From positions 11,659 through 75,658 of the forward strand of contig JBIOWP010000084.1 of the NCBI GenBank assembly GCA_044868695.1: a stretch of DNA of 64,000 nt, read 5' to 3'. The notes below the pieces were generated by a model. That model did not search any database. It saw only the letters and a program-made list of their open reading frames with translations, and had not been told where the DNA came from. Position 1 is the stretch's first letter, and every line of letters starts with the position of its first letter. Source of the stretch: a bacterium. GTDB taxonomy: Bacteria; Sysuimicrobiota; Sysuimicrobiia; Sysuimicrobiales; Kaftiobacteriaceae. This document shows positions 62,445 through 64,000 of the stretch, piece by piece. Position numbers and translations under genes: made by a program.

Positions 62445-62456
62445 CCTTGAGTCACA

Positions 62457-62556
62457 AATCTGTTGAATCTCTTGAATCTGTTGAATCTATTGGATCCAAG
62501 ATTCAATAGATCCAATAGATCCAAAAGATTCGCAGTTCTCTAGATCCAACAGATTC
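62457..62556. repeat. AT-rich tandem-heptamer inverted-repeat element (TTGAATC/TTGGATC units) between the RecQ-like stop and the relA start
   Basis: aatctgttgaatctcttgaatctgttgaatctattggatc | caa | gattcaatagatccaatagatccaaaagattc..tagatccaacagattc. About 30% GC in a roughly 70% GC window. It occupies the relA promoter/leader region. Confidence 0.55.
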
Positions 62557-64000
62557 ACGCCGTTGTTCCCGCGGTCGGTCCGGCTACCGCTTTTAGGATG
62601 TCGGTCAGCGGGCCGAAGGCCCAGCGGCTCACGTCGGCCAGGGCCTGCGCTTCGCGACGGCCTTCGGCGTACCGCAGCGACGTGGTTAAGTCCCGGCGCT
62701 CCTGCCCGGCGGGCGTAATGCGCCACCGCTCTCCATCGTACTCCCGCTGGACCGCCCCTGCCTCGGCCAAGATGTCCAGTGCGATGCCGGCGGTCCTGGG
62801 TGAGACCCCTGCGGCCTCCAGCGCCGTCCGCACCGTTTCATCCGGCCACTGCGCGGCGCCCGCCCGCTCAACTTCTTCGCGGACCACTCGATAGACCGCC
62901 GCCAGGGTCTCCCGATTCGGATGGTCCTGGTCCAGGATCACTGCCGTCGCCGCGAGATCCTCCTTCCGATATAACAACGTCACCGTGGCCTGCCGTCCAT
63001 CCAATCCGGCCGACCCGATGACCTCAAGGAAATCCCCCCGGTGCACCGGCAGCCCGGCCACGGCGGCCTGCCGGATGTCCGCGGGTGCGGCCTCGGCGGT
63101 GAATCCGTCCGACGCCACGAGCACCGAAATCTTGCCGTCCGCAAACAACTGCTCAACGACCTCCCGCACCCGGACGGGGAGTCCTCCGTGGTAATAGGCG
63201 ACCGGCCCGTGTGTCGTGTCGCGCAGCCGGGCCGCGACCGCAACGGCCTCCGCCCTGGTGCCGGCGTAGATCAGCGTCTTCTCCCCGCGGCCGACAATCG
63301 CCGCGAGCGCGGCGTCGCGGTCCACCGTGCCCCGCCGGTCGATCAGCCGGAGGTTTACGCGCAGGAAGGCATCGGTGATGACCTCACCGTGTTCCGGCTG
63401 CGGTCCCCCTCCGGAGGATGCAAACAGGCCCCACTGGGAGACCCCCGGCGCGTGCACGGCCGCCTCCAGCGGGTTATTCTCCATTGTAGGGTCGCAATCT
63501 CCGAGAAGCAAAGACGCGCGCAGTGGGGGCGTCCCGGCCCGCAAGTATTCCGCGCTAGCCAGGACGACGTCCACCGATCCGGCCTGCAGCGCCTGCAGCA
63601 GATGCTGGCGGGCGCGGAAGCGCAGGGCGCCGTGGGCGCGGGCGCAGCGCACGCCGATCTCCCGCAGGCCTGCGGCCAGCCGTTCGTACCACCGGTCCAC
63701 CTGGGACTGCAGAGGAACCGCGATGACCACCGGACCCCGGCCGGAGATCACCCAGCAGGCCGCGGCAATCCCAATGATGGCCCGCCGTCCGCGCCCCGGA
63801 CCGAAGATGCCCCGGATCGGCCGGCCATCGAGGATGGCCTTGATCGCGGCGAATTGGGGATCGCGCAGGCGGCGTCCACGATGCAGGTGGACGCGGACCC
63901 GCTCGATAACGTCCGCCGCCGGCAGCTCCCTCCAGGCGAGTCGAAGAGCCCCGCCCGGGTCAGGCTCATCGGCGGGACCATCGTGGCGCTGGATGTGGAT
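62555..64000 (-). CDS. RecQ-family helicase homologue with degenerate ATPase motifs; partial, 5' end beyond the window
   Basis: Minus-strand frame is open from 64000 to 62555. It aligns to RecQ across the whole core: FRPGQ-like LRDPQFAAIKAILDGRP; Walker A position GPGRGRRA (RecQ PTGGGKSL); DEAH position LEAAVHAPGVSQWG (RecQ VDEAHCISQWG); helicase-C block IYAGTRAEAVAVAARLRD..YYHGGL..VLVASDGF; motif VI EVIGSAGLDG (RecQ QETGRAGRDG). The track ORF 62555..63751 starts at an internal GTG. Confidence 0.7.
   Translation of the reverse strand: MHIQRHDGPADEPDPGGALRLAWRELPAADVIERVRVHLHRGRRLRDPQFAAIKAILDGRPIRGIFGPGRGRRAIIGIAAACWVISGRGPVVIAVPLQSQVDRWYERLAAGLREIGVRCARAHGALRFRARQHLLQALQAGSVDVVLASAEYLRAGTPPLRASLLLGDCDPTMENNPLEAAVHAPGVSQWGLFASSGGGPQPEHGEVITDAFLRVNLRLIDRRGTVDRDAALAAIVGRGEKTLIYAGTRAEAVAVAARLRDTTHGPVAYYHGGLPVRVREVVEQLFADGKISVLVASDGFTAEAAPADIRQAAVAGLPVHRGDFLEVIGSAGLDGRQATVTLLYRKEDLAATAVILDQDHPNRETLAAVYRVVREEVERAGAAQWPDETVRTALEAAGVSPRTAGIALDILAEAGAVQREYDGERWRITPAGQERRDLTTSLRYAEGRREAQALADVSRWAFGPLTDILKAVAGPTAGTTA

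Noticed and set aside
63748-63981. ORF 63748..63981 (77 aa) as a separate gene upstream of the RecQ-like ORF
   Set aside because: It is out of frame with, and fully overlapped by, the continuous RecQ-like reading frame that runs to the window edge. Its sequence is low-complexity.

Overview
This is a housekeeping region of about 70% GC, densely coding and mostly on the minus strand. Gene order tracks Bacillus closely (rimP-nusA-ylxR-infB-ylxP-rbfA-truB-ribF-rpsO-pnp-M16 peptidase-dapB-asd-lysC-dapA, then ftsK, then cinA-recA), which suggests a high-GC Firmicutes-like organism, possibly a thermophilic Symbiobacterium/Thermaerobacter/Limnochordia-type lineage. An archaeal-type bifunctional FBP aldolase/phosphatase is also present. 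No rRNA, tRNA, CRISPR array or classical mobile element was found.

Main content:
- An SOS-type operon recA-recX-helicase/nuclease-sbcD-sbcC with a Cheo-type LexA box in the recA promoter.
- A pseudouridine salvage operon: BMP-type ABC transporter plus psuK and psuG.
- The lysine/DAP branch genes, ftsK and uppP.
- The nusA-infB ribosome-maturation supercluster, with a leader terminator in front of rimP.
- asnS followed by a sugar ABC system with no ATPase.
- A ParA-like three-gene cluster and fbp.
- cca, ctpA, mnmA, rarA, hup, and a hisS-aspS operon with an archaeal-type AspRS.
- An AtzG-like small subunit plus amidase cluster with two aminotransferases, downstream of relA.
- A partial RecQ-like gene with degenerate ATPase motifs at the window end.

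Most unusual observations:
1. A Bcp/PrxQ peroxiredoxin whose peroxidatic-cysteine codon is an in-frame TGA, making it a candidate PrxU-like selenoprotein.
2. A set of gene-end hairpin elements built from tandem 6-7 nt units (GGGAAC, GGGACC, GGGGTCG, GAGTTGA, TTGAATC). Several have right arms that run into CDS 3' ends.
3. A RecQ homologue with the Walker A, DEAH and arginine-finger motifs all mutated.
4. A single-chain UvrD-type helicase with a Cas4/AddB-type Fe-S nuclease, sitting where AddAB would be upstream of sbcDC.

Coordinates of starts that I re-derived from conserved N-termini are approximate to within a codon or two.
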